The position numbers and the translations under genes are program-made. From positions 3,100,001 to 3,164,000 of the forward strand of contig NC_134028.1 in assembly GCF_964204645.1 (NCBI RefSeq): 64,000 nt of DNA, in the 5' to 3' direction. Below are positions 14,548 to 26,596 of the stretch, in pieces. Position 1 is the stretch's first letter. Each line of letters opens with the position of its first letter. The stretch comes from Tubulanus polymorphus (Eukaryota; Animalia; Nemertea). Below the pieces are notes generated by a model. It did not search any database. It had not been told where the DNA came from and saw nothing but the letters and a program-made list of their open reading frames with translations.

Positions 14548-15241
14548 TATTCACTGCTTCTCCCGTTCTACATCGCGAAATTCTGTATATAACCAGCTTC
14601 AAACCCGGGACAGACTCACATCCTCATATTTCGAGCTGTCAAAAATTATTCACGATTATGATCGACCGTAGCGCCATCTAAACCAACTTGCCAGAGAAAC
14701 TGGACTAATTTTTTCCTAGGGTGGATTCGGAAAAATAACGAAATGGCGAACCTCATTTGAGCTCTGTACATTCATCATGATTTACTGCTTAATACATGAG
14801 ATGGTTCAACAGTATTTCCAAACATATTTACCCGGTCCCGGCAGTGGTTGCCTCCTCAAGATCTACATCGCTCTACGAACCTCCAGCGTGACCAACATGC
14901 TTCAAAGTACACATTATCAACATAGGGGAAAATAATGAATGGGCAACCCACTATACGATCCACTGATCCACGATTGATTAGAATGAAGTCTAAATTAATC
15001 TATTCACACTTTTATTTACAAATTTAACAACTGATTTAAATATATCCACATAAAGCGCATAAACAAAACAGCACATTCAAGGAGGCCTACCAACATCTAA
15101 GAAAATTCCATAATTTTTCCTTTTGAAAAGTCAGAAATAGGCATAATGTAGGCTATGCCACAAAAATGAATTGCTTATGTTTTCATTGAAATAACGTTGA
15201 AAGACAATCTCCTGATAGAGAGATCCATAATTAGCCAGTTC

Positions 15242-16989
15242 TTAATTCGACTTTTCTTCATTTGGTTCTGACTGCAACTTTTCTTCAAGATTATTGAACT
15301 GTCGCAAAGATTCATCTTCAGCCGGATCTTCCACCTTTAATAAAAAGATGCCAGAAGAATGAATTAGAAGAAAATAGATTTAAAATAATTCTTCATTCAT
15401 CATTAGGCATACCTGTTCAACTCCTAGAACTTCTGGTATGTAAAATTGCAGCATATTTTGTACCCCATTTTTCAGCGTTACAGTCGAACTAGGACACGAT
15501 GTACAAGAGCCTTGAAGTTTTAATTTCACTATGCCATCTTCGAAACCCTGAAGATGATTTTCAGGAAAAATTGTATATGGAAAAACCATGTGCATCTTGA
15601 AGACTAGAAATCTAGTCAACTGGACCCAGTTCCACAGTTGTGAGTTAGAGTTAACTCTGAGTTAAAGTTAGTTCATTTTCAATGTTTTAGCTTAGAGTCA
15701 AATATTAACTCACAACTGTGGAACTGGACCCTGGGCTTAAAAACCATAAACCAGTCCGACGTTAAGGTAGTACCTGGTATATGATGTCACCGCCATCCTC
15801 TTGCACGGTGGGTCTTATTCGCGAATCTAATAATTCTTTAATCATAGCCACTGTCTCATCATCATCTTCTTCAATCACTAGATTTAATCAGACGAAATAA
15901 ACGTGTTAAACATGTATTCTACAAGTATTTTTTGTAATAAATTTCAATTGTTAAATGAATCAATTGAACACGAACCAGTGTCAGACGGTGGTTGCTCATC
16001 TGTGAGTACAGGTAATCCACTCGAATAAAAGTCCATTACCGTCGCGAAAATGTGAGGTTTCAAGACGCCCCAATCTGATTCTTCCTCCTATAAAGGGTCA
16101 AGATTGGCAAAATAAGTCTTACATAATATTGGTGTATAGATATATCAAAGTCATCATACAACATACCTTAGTTATCGTTAGAAAATCTGTACCAAAGAAA
16201 ACACCTTTAACACCTTCAACTCGGAAAAGTTGCCTGAAATATCAAATTATAGTTCATCAATTTTGAATATCTTCAAATTGCATTTTGAGATTGGTTCTAA
16301 AAGAATCTATATAAACACTTTGCTAATGGTGAACCGTAGGCAGCGCTAACAGAAGGGAAGTCCATCGTTCCTGATTCCAGAACGTCTTTGCCAGGCATAA
16401 ACTTCATACTGTTCGGGTTTGGCGTGTCTTGCATTTGAATAAACATGGAACGCACTACAATAAATACAAATGCATTGCATTATTAGACTTTTCGGACGAG
16501 AAAAAAATCTTAAACGTGCCAATTTCCAATATTGAATAAAAATCAGATTTGAAAAATCCTAATTCTCAGAATTATGAAGTTCTCCTCACCTGATTGTAAC
16601 ATCCATGGCTGGGACGTGAGCGGAGTATCTAACTTTGCAGAACAATTCAAAACTGGTGTTGATCGTACATTTCCCAAAGTATGAAAGCTTTTTAAATGAA
16701 AAATAATGGATATTTCTTCAGTCGATTTCGTCCAATCAAATGATATTTTATGTAATACGATGTCGATGATCGATTGATTGAATTTGATTGATTTGTTTCA
16801 AGGGGTTATTAAATGTTTTCAGTCACTTCTTAGAATCAAAGTGATTGTAAATAGATTTTGATGAATAAATCAAAACACTAGCCTATCGTTTTTCAGACTT
16901 AAAACTGTAATTACTCACTATTTTAGAGACAAATTGTGAAACATTGGCCTTAAATTTACTCCGAAAATCTTTTTCATGGGCGCAGCCAT
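15242..16989 (-). CDS. NFU1: NFU1 iron-sulfur cluster scaffold homolog, mitochondrial (~271 aa)
   Basis: Exons 16919-16989, 16590-16687, 16319-16454, 16167-16233, 15976-16087, 15774-15877, 15413-15547, 15242-15334. Basic presequence-like start [10 protein letters not shown]; [16 protein letters not shown]; [20 protein letters not shown]; [11 protein letters not shown] (CxxC). AATAAA at 15011-15016 on the minus strand. Confidence 0.97.
15623..15730. mobile_element. MITE, probably PIF/Harbinger type, in an NFU1 intron
   Basis: TIRs GACCCAGTTCCACAGTTGTGAGTTA / TAACTCACAACTGTGGAACTGGACC, flanked by CTG on both sides (15620-22, 15731-33). Confidence 0.75.
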
Positions 16990-17080
16990 CGTGAAATACT
17001 CGCTTACCAAGGCTGGTGTTAGACTGGTTGCCGGTGTCTACTGGTTGATCCCATCCTCCATTTTCGATGCGTCAAACATG

Positions 17081-17322
17081 TCAGTATCGGCTGGATTCGA
17101 ACCCGGGATACCCCTGTACACCCTCTATTCAGCATCAGGACCCTCTGAATCAGTATCAGTAATTACTGGGTTCGAACCCGGGACACCCCTGTTCATCCTT
17201 TATCATCAGGACCACTCTGAATCTCAGTAATTGATGGGTTTGAACCCGGGACATCCCTGTACTTCCTCTATTCAGCATCAGGACCACTCTGAATCAGTAT
17301 CAGTAATTACTGGGTTCGAACC
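17081..17322. repeat. Tandem ~70-80 bp repeat with four Pol III B-box-like motifs just upstream of NFU1
   Basis: GGATTCGAACCC, GGTTCGAACCC, GGTTTGAACCC and GGTTCGAACCT, each within CCTGT...CATCAGGACC.CTCTGAATC units. Confidence 0.75.
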
Positions 17323-18034
17323 TTAGAGACGATCAGGAGGTCATTGACTACATTTACCGAAAGCATGAAGAAAATAAAAACAATGATTTTTACAAGAGAA
17401 ACACAAATCTCACGTAATTAATCATGTAATGTTAACACCAAAAGAAGGATACTGGGTGCCACTTTTTAAGGCAAAGTTAACTATTCAGGACTCTGCTTCT
17501 GTATATAAAAATCTAACCGATCATCAGTGGAAATATCAAATTAGCGGGTGGTGAAATATATATGCCGTCACAAAATATTGCCGAAGGGCACTTAAATCTT
17601 AGACCGTACAATGTATTGGGCAATACGGTCTGGATCCGCCCCTGATGGCTATAGTGACAATCAAAAAGATTGCTAATTTTGTAATTACTCTTCGCTCAAC
17701 ACTCGCTTCTAACCGGTCAACAAGTGTTAGTGTGTCCGGGTGGAAGTGGTAAGCTGTATTGCCAATATTCAATTATCATGTTTTCCGGACATCCTCGTCT
17801 CCGCACAATATTGGTGGGAATATTGGGTTGAAGAAAGAGGTGGATTGCAAGATAACAAAAAACCACTGACTGGTGAACTAACAAAGTTCCCAGAGTAGCT
17901 AAACAGATAAAGAATTTCAATCATATATATTCTCATACAGTGTACAACAATTATACAAAATGCCAGGTTTGTGCTCGAGGAATTATAACGTAAGCTCCTC
18001 AAACACGTGGACTGTATTTCAAAAACAGTCCAAC

Positions 18035-18139
18035 CATGGACGTATAAACTATAAACTAGAGTTTATACATCCATGGTCCAACCATAGACTCTAAAACAGA
18101 AACGTCTATGGCCCACAACCATGGACTCTCGAGTCCATG
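18035..18139. mobile_element. Cluster of three ultra-short palindromic elements (CATRGA...TCYATG)
   Basis: Elements at 18035-18075, 18083-18110 and 18120-18139. The first is flanked by a perfect 7-bp duplication GTCCAAC. Confidence 0.6.
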
Positions 18140-20549
18140 GCTCCCCGCACTAAAACCAGAGATAAACCTGGCCAAATACTCTGGAAAGCGTAAGATTTAA
18201 TGAATCAATCTGATTTACATTTTTACTCTTTAAAATTTGACCCGGCCGGCCACCTATCTACCAAGGTATTACTTTAAAATCATGATAAGCTAACCATAAC
18301 AGACCCGGCAGATAGAAATTAGGCTAATTGATTACAAATTTCATTGATGTATGAAATGACCTGCCTGATCAGGAAAAACAAGGTATCATTTTTAGCCTTA
18401 TAATAATGACTTAGATTATTCAATAATAAAATTACTAGCTTTTAATATCACATATCATGCAAGGTATTTCAAATTTTTTATTCAAATTTCCACTGCAACT
18501 GATTCATACAATTTGAATCAATAGGAAAATAACAAATTTACACAAAGAATTGTAAACTTTGATCCATAAAACACCGACAATTGGGACTAGTCCGAATGTC
18601 TAAGACTATTAATTTGACATTTCATGATGTCACCGGGCATGAGTGACACTTGATTATTTCATGAAATATGAAGCATTCTATCATATCAACTATACAGCAA
18701 ATGACAATGTAAGAAAGATTTCTGTTTATACAAAAAACTGCAAAACATATCTCTAGTATATAAACATTAAAGCTGGACATAAAACCACAAATTCATTCAA
18801 ATAATCAATCTCTAATTTCATTTCATTAACATTATTTTTACAAGAAAACTGAAATTTTGCAAACTTTGCTTTGTATTCGAGGAATTATCAGTTCTTCGTT
18901 AACCAATGGGTGAACTGTATTTGAAAAAAAAAAACAGTTCAACATAAAAGCATTAAAATCAGAGATAAAACCTAAAGATTAACTCTGGAAAGCTTGAGAT
19001 TAGCTAATCAATCTTTATTTTCATTTTCATTAAAATTATTTTCCAAGATAACTAGAGTTTTACAAGATAACTAGAGTTTTTCTAACTTTGCCTGAGATTT
19101 TCAAACATTATCAGTTCGCTCATTTAATACAACGTTATTTCAGGGAAAACATGACAATAATTTTACTATCGATAACTAATCACGTTTATAGCTGTTTAAC
19201 ATTCTTTCTAAAAAAGAGTAAAATGTATCTCCCAGATATTATCCCTAAAACAATTAACATTTACAGCAGTGATAGGGTGTGATATATAGATAAATGGACG
19301 CATGATCTTTCATCAGTTATTTGAAGCATTCTATCGAAACAGATATTCTTTAGTGTGTTTGGTTTAGTTAAGGTTTATGGTTATTTGTTTTGTTTATTAC
19401 TGAGCCGATAGAATGCTTAAAACAACAACAGAAAGGATCTCAAGAGGTTGGGAAACACGGAGAAGGTTGTTCTATGAAAGAAGAACCTTTAATAATTGGA
19501 TCAAGTTGATTAGAAAAAATGCCTGATGATGAAGGCCCTATATAGAGTATTTACTAATTGTTTGTTGGTTTCGTTTATTTGTATTACTTATAATTTAATT
19601 TGTTTTTTTTTTGTTATGCATTTTTTTATTAATTGTTTTTTTTAATGTATTTTTCTTAATTATGTTCTATGTATTTTGTACTATTTATTACAATCTACAT
19701 CATCAGGAATTTTTTATCGGTGAAATTATGGGCTCACTTTAAAAAAGTGCTACAAATTCACTGCTGCACCTAAATAATAGTTTATTATAAAACACCCCGA
19801 TTAGTATGAAAGCCACTCAACCTTATGATGTGGATGACAATGAAAGAAGTTAAAACAGCTATAAACAAAATTAAAACGATCAAAATCAAGTTCAAGAGAT
19901 CAAACTAATAACGTTCCAACATCCTTTATTGTGTTTAAAAGTTGCAACTGTTTAACTGACTACGCTCTCCCTTTTGAACATTTAGGCTATGCAAATCATT
20001 TTCACTCAATAAAATATAAAATAAATCACTATTTCTAATATTAATAATCGAATAAAGGCTAAGAGAGTAATCATTCTATGAACTATATGATTATTACAAA
20101 TTAAGCAAAGCTATGTTTAACTAAAGTATGAAGCTTATCTGAACTATCCTGTCGATATTATATCTCAATTTACGTGTATTTCAACCGACCTTCGAGTCAA
20201 ACTGAGACGCTGAACGCGATCGATACCATGAATTAATGGAGCGTAAATTTTATGAGACTCCAAGAAGGAACTTTAAGGACTTAAATGACTCATCTGTTTA
20301 ACAAATCTAAACAGTTTGCCTAATCAGTATAAAGAATCAGGAGGATGCCATTTTATTGAAATATTCAAACATGAATAGTTCCTTCTCAGGCCCAGGGCCC
20401 AAATTACCTAATTTTAATAATCAACATTTCGACAACTAATCAACTATTCTTTAGTTTATTCCGCCCCTTCAAATAGACCAGTGAATTTTGTAAAGACTGA
20501 TCAGACTGATTTGTAAAATAAATCAATACTTCACATATTCTACTCTCGT

Positions 20550-20842
20550 TGCTGCTCCTGAATAAGTGTTTATAAGATACGCATTGTCTCTGCTGCTCCT
20601 GAATAAGTGTTTTTATAAGACACGCATTGTCTCTGCTGCTCCTGAATAAGTGTTTATAAGATACGCAATGTCTCTGCTGCTCCTGAATAAGTGTTTATAA
20701 GACACGCATTGTCTCTGCTGCTCCTGAATAAGTGTTTATAAGATACACATTGTCTCTGCTGCTCCTGAATAAGTGTTTATAAGATACGCATTGTCTCTGC
20801 TGCTCCTGAATAATTGTAATGAGAGACGCAATGTCTCTGCTC
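20550..20842. repeat. 41-bp tandem repeat, ~7 copies
   Basis: Unit GTCTCTGCTGCTCCTGAATAAGTGTTTATAAGATACGCATT. Confidence 0.95.
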
Positions 20843-21496
20843 CACCAATTGTAGAAGAAATCCATCATTGAGCGATAAACCGATGCTGGCTGAATTTTTC
20901 ATCTAGACTTCAGCAGTTAAATTCAAGTTGGATTCATTCTGCTGACTGTTTTAATCAGTAGATTCTAGATGGTTAGTTGATCTTAGTATGGGCTTTTTCT
21001 CATAGATGTGATTCAGCTGAAAAGAGTTAAAGACAATATCCTGTATTCACACAATATTTCATATAACATTAATCATAATAATTTCCATGTGAATCAACTT
21101 ACCTTTCAAGATTGCCGAGTATCGGCTAGGATTGTCTTAGTTGGTTCATGAGTTAAATTCGTTGGACTCTTCCATGGTAGTTGATGAATTCAATTCAAGT
21201 TGTACCTTCTATGATTGCTGTGTTCATTATCGGATCTTGGTTGGTTCTTGAGTTTCATTCGAATCGGCCCCTTCTGTGCGCTGTTCTCTAATCGGCAGAT
21301 TTCTGATGATTTGTTGACCTCAAGCTCTCGTTTGAGTTGGTGTCCCTTACAAACACACCTGCCGGGAGCGAAACGGCGGTTTTTTCAAAATCGGAAATCG
21401 AAGTACAGATATAGTTGCCTGATCGGCGGTCGTTTTTTTTAAGTCCAAGAACATAATTGGTAATTCGGTTCTGGTTCATTCAAACAATCTTTTATT

Positions 21497-22413
21497 CTGC
21501 CTAATTCTGATTTTGGAAATAACTATATTACAAGGTTGAAGATAATTTTACAATATTTGGTCTTTTTTTATGTAACTAGTCCGAAAGTTTACAACGTTTA
21601 ATAATTTTGTCTAACTTCAATTTTTTTGGTCGTTTTCACCGTTTAAATAGTCGAAGCACATATTAAGTGACTGATTGGGGTTAACTTTTTTTCTGCCTAA
21701 TTTAATACATGGAGATTTTGGAAATAACTATATTTTACAATATTTGGTCTTGTTTTTATGTAACTAGTCCGAAAGTTTACAAGGTTGAATAATTTTATCT
21801 ATTTTTTTCTGCCTAATTTAATACATCGAGATTTGGAAATAACTATATTTTATATTATTTGGTCTCGTTTTTATGTAACTAGTCCGAAAGTTTACAAGGT
21901 TGAATAATTTTATCTATTTTTTTTCTGCCTAATTTAATACATCGAGATTTGGAAATAACTATATTTTACAATATTTGGTCTTTTTTCATGTAACTAGTCC
22001 GAAAGTTTATAAGGTTGAATAATTTTATCTATTTTTTTCTGCCTAATTTAATACATCTCGATTTTGGAAATAACTATATTTTACAATATTTGGTCTTTTT
22101 TTTATGTAACTAGTCCGAAAGTTTACAAGGTTGAATAATTTTATCTATTTTTTTTCTGCCTAATTTAATACATCGAGATTTTGGAAATAACTATATTTTA
22201 CAATATTTGGTCTTTTTTTCATATAACTAGTCCGAAAGTTTACAAGGTTGAATAATTTTATCTATTTTTCTCTGCCTAATTTAATACATCGAGATTTTGG
22301 AAATAACTATATTTTACAATATTTGGTCTTTTTTTCATGTAACTAGTCCGAAAGTTTACAAGGTGGGAGAATTTTGTCTAACTTTAATTTTTTTGTCATT
22401 TTCACCGTTTAAA
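21497..22413. repeat. ~116-bp AT-rich tandem repeat, ~7 copies
   Basis: CTGCCTAAT recurs at 21497, 21693, 21809, 21925, 22039, 22156 and 22272; each unit contains TAACTAGTCCGAAAGTTTA. Confidence 0.95.
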
Positions 22414-25400
22414 TTTGTTTAATTTTTTAAAGTTTATTGTAGTTTTTCTCGAGTTTGTCTGAAATCGGAGTACATAATTGGGAAATTTGATTCCGGTTCA
22501 TTCAAACTATCTTCCAATCAGTCTGAAATGGCAAGCTGAAGAAAAGAGCAGAACCTTTTGAGCAGAAAATCCTTTCGAATATCACTGATCATAATAATCA
22601 TGTCAATTCATATATAAGATCAGCAATGTGGATCGATACGTAGATTTTAATAATAGTCTTAAATGATATTTATGAAATTCAACGCATATAGTAATTCATC
22701 TATATTCTAAATATCTAAGCAATGGTTGATTATTATAGTTTAACAACAATTCAACTAAAGCATCTATAGTCATCTCTAGGAATACCAGAGTTACACCAAA
22801 GTAATGCATAATCAATCTTATCAAATCGTTTTTGAACTGTTTTCTCTTCTATCTTCTTGAAATTCTTGATGTGTCTTTTATTGAAACCCAGGCCCATCAT
22901 ACAGTGCAAACGTGCTAGTAATATTGGCCTGTATATATTTCGATTGTCAGCTAAACCATGTTCGTATTATTAAATTTACTTCATCGTGAGTTAATAAACT
23001 TAAAGAGATGTTTTCTACCCACAGATGGCGACATCTGTACCCAGTGAATGGTATTCTAATCCATTTCATTAATTCTAAATATTGCTCCTAATATATACAA
23101 TGATTTTGTAATTATGATAATATAACTAACTGAAGAGTGAGTGCGCTGCCAGCATTGAGCACACTGATCCTATAAGTAAAATGGTTCTACAGATTTAAGA
23201 AACCTCGAATCATTCCCACAACTTGACAAATCCAGAATTCTGCAAAGCCTTAAAGATTCAATAAATCCCACGCACAAGAGACAGAGTTAAAACATACCCA
23301 GTATTCTTTATATATCAACCAATATTGAATTATACTTATTAACCCCTATGGTTTAGATTTGAGCACTTTTACCTTATATGAAGATGCTGAATTAGTTACC
23401 TAATCAATAAGTTGATTGATAATGTCCTAGCTATAATTGAAATTGTCTCGGACAATATTTTATATGGGGCTTGAAATTTCTACACGAGAAGAATTTCAGA
23501 TCCGGTACGAATTTGAATTAATCACTACTATTTGAAATGCTAATTTTGCATCAGAGCTTTTGATACCTAGCTTAACTAACCTAGAAACCCCCAAAACCTA
23601 ACTGATTCAACAGATCCCACACACACATGTGGCCCAGTTAGACGCAGATGACATTGCGCGATACAGTCGTCTGATCCACTGTGCAATTTTGAATAAGTTT
23701 CACTTATATTCATTTCATTGAATTCATTTTGATTAAATTCTAGGTATCTAAGCGAACCATTAATTAGTAATCATACTAGCTATATTTTAATTGTCAGTTG
23801 AACAATATTTATATGGAGCCTGAAAATCTACATGAGTAGAATTTCAGATGTGGTGAATTCGTCACTATTTGAATTCATCAGAAATTAAAGATAAAAAAGC
23901 ACATTTTTAGTGGTAAATTAGAAATTGCCTTAGCCGAATGGCTATATAATCTTTATTTACCTTATATAGTACACGGTGTATAAGGACCAAAAGACCTTGT
24001 TATGACCGGACCTCCCTGGTGCGGTGCGAGTCATGATGCTAGAAAATAGTTTGAAGGAGAGGGGTTAGTAAAAGAGAGCTATTAGCAAGAGGAATAAGAC
24101 CTAAGTTTAGGACATCCTGTCAGAATAAGGCTTTCAATCTGACATACACAGTGAAATTGAAATATTCCCCCTTCCAAATCCAGGAATGTATTTGTGCACA
24201 GATTCGATCGGAAGTAAATCTGCGTTAAATGATTTTGGCAATATGTATCAAAACTAATACAGCTGTGTGAAGACACCATAGGTTCACTTAGATACAGATA
24301 AATAAATGTGCTCAGATACACATGTATCAGCTACATTTTAAATGTCCATGGAATTAGAAATAATTTCACATAACAATTGAATTAACCTTAATCGATCTAA
24401 GTAATACGTTAATGAGTAATTCATCTTAGATTCTAATTTTCAGTTAAACTATATCTTATATGCGTCACTTGACACACAGTATGGCTTTTAGATATTAATT
24501 GAATCAGTTAGGTTTGAGTAAATTTTGCAAATAATGAAAAGCATGGCTAGTCATCGTAAGCGCGGCAGTTGGCGATACAGAACTGATCAGTCAATGAGAC
24601 TGATTCACTTATAGATGTGCTCAAATATATTATATATTTCAGCTATATTTCAATAAATATTTATGATATAAAAAGTTTTTGATCTAACATCAAATATTGA
24701 ATTCATCTTAATTGTGAATATCTAAGCCATTTTTCCTGGCTGTATGCTAATTGTCAGTCAAACAACAATTATCATGCGTCGCCCAAAACGAGACGCAGTG
24801 TTTCAGGAATGAATTAAATCAATTAAAGCTTTGGTTTATTCTGGATTTATCTAAATGTTGAGACCAAATCACTGTTTCATAAAGACCTGTAGTCCATAGT
24901 TTTCCCCATATAACACCAGACCTCGATAGAGCCCTAGACACTATCTTATGAAATTCATAACTGTTATGTGTGAGGCAGCACACAGTATATATTGTAAAGT
25001 ATGGCCTCAATCTTAATAAATTTATCAATATATTATTTGTAAAGAAAAATCTATCAACCAACGATAAAGTTTAATTGATATATCTTTAAGTAAAAATTGT
25101 CCTATCTAGATCTTGACTGTCAGTTAAACAATAGTCATATGAGGCCTGAAATATCTACGGTACATTCGAATAATTTCAAATGTCACATAAGATATTGAAT
25201 TTACCTTAATTGTACGTACTTACAAAACTTTTAATCATAACAGACCAATCTACATTTTAATTATCAGACCAAAGAATATTTAAGGGACCTCACTCAATCA
25301 TTTCGTCTAATATTGTAAATATTCAAGCAATCATTGCCTAGCTATATTTCAATTTACTACCGGCCACAGAGCCTCAATAAAGTAGTGCGGAGATGGTGAG

Positions 25401-25821
25401 CTTGACCAGCGCCTATGCATTCTACCCCAGATATGAAAAATCAACTTAGCTTTATGTATGCATGTATTCCTGTTGCCATGCAGGATGAGCCATGCAAGAC
25501 TGCCAGGTTCGGCTGCGACAGGTCTTTCGGTGTTTGGTGGTACTTCAAGGTGGAGTCTTTTGTGGGCACTTCTGGTGGGCAGATTTTAGATGGGCCTTTC
25601 CGGATTAACCTGAAATGAGTAAAAGAACGATATTCTGTAGTTACACAATCCTTTCCGTATCACGCATCGTAATTTACATGTGTATCAACTTAACTTTCAA
25701 TATTGCTGAGTTCAGTGTTCTTTTTTGGCATCGTCTTCTTTGTAGTCACCTTCAGCATCTTCTTCTTCATCTTGGGAGTCCTGAAATGAAAAAAAAGAGA
25801 AGAGCGATGAAAACCTGGTAC

Positions 25822-26596
25822 GGAACAAAACTAATGTTCGAAAGCTTTTCAGCTCTCCCTCGCCGGTCACATGCCGAGAACACCAGACAATGAGCCAGCT
25901 AGGAATATACTGCCCTCTACACGCCCTCACACAGAACGCGAAAACCAGAATGACAACGCCTCACATTCCCCATCTAACTGCAGGATGTACTGGGCGACGT
26001 CAGTAACTGACAAACCTGTAAAATTGCACGAAACACAAATAGTGCAGTACAACCAGCTTGACCGGGTTGAGATTCAGGATCTCAACTAGCACTCAAAAGC
26101 GTGACAAGAGACTTCATCCACTGACCGAGGTTATCACAAGGACACAATGAAACTAGCACTCACAAGCCGACGAGAGACTTCATCCACTGACCGAGGTTAT
26201 CACAAGGACACAATGAAAACTAGCACTCAAACTAGAAATCAAAGAGCGTGACAGTAGAATCATCCCTCAGCCGACTCAGAATACCAGAAACAAAGAGCGT
26301 GACAGTAGAATCATCCCTCATCCGGGCGGTCACAAGGACACAATGAATGCTAGTAGCGTGACAATCCAGTATAACCGCTCCATTTGTATCCCGTGCAATC
26401 TCACAGATATGCCCGTCATTGGCATCACTCAGCACACTTTGTAGATAGGTGGGGGAAGTGAGGCCTCGTCATCCTGGTTTTCGTGTTCCGTATGAGGGCG
26501 TGTAGAGGGAGAATTTCCTGACCGACTCTTTGTCTGACATCCTCGACACATGACCGGCGAAGGAGGGCTGACGCTTTCGGACATTAGTTTTGTTCC
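25822..26596 (-). ncRNA. Candidate long hairpin RNA: diverged inverted repeat (arms 25822-26048 and 26374-26596)
   Basis: The inverted repeat is directly visible at ~77% identity by hand alignment. Mismatches are mostly transitions and favour G:U pairs on the minus strand. Minus-strand splice acceptors flank it. Transcription itself is inferred. Confidence 0.5.
26085..26362. repeat. Direct repeats (~66 bp and ~46 bp units) in the loop of the inverted repeat
   Basis: AACTAGCACTCA...GAGACTTCATCCACTGACCGAGGTTATCACAAGGACACAATGA twice plus a partial copy; AAAGAGCGTGACAGTAGAATCATCCCTCA twice. Confidence 0.9.

Noticed and set aside
19305-19438. 33-bp inverted repeat as a structured RNA
   Set aside because: Short AT-rich arms with a low-complexity spacer; more likely a repeat remnant.
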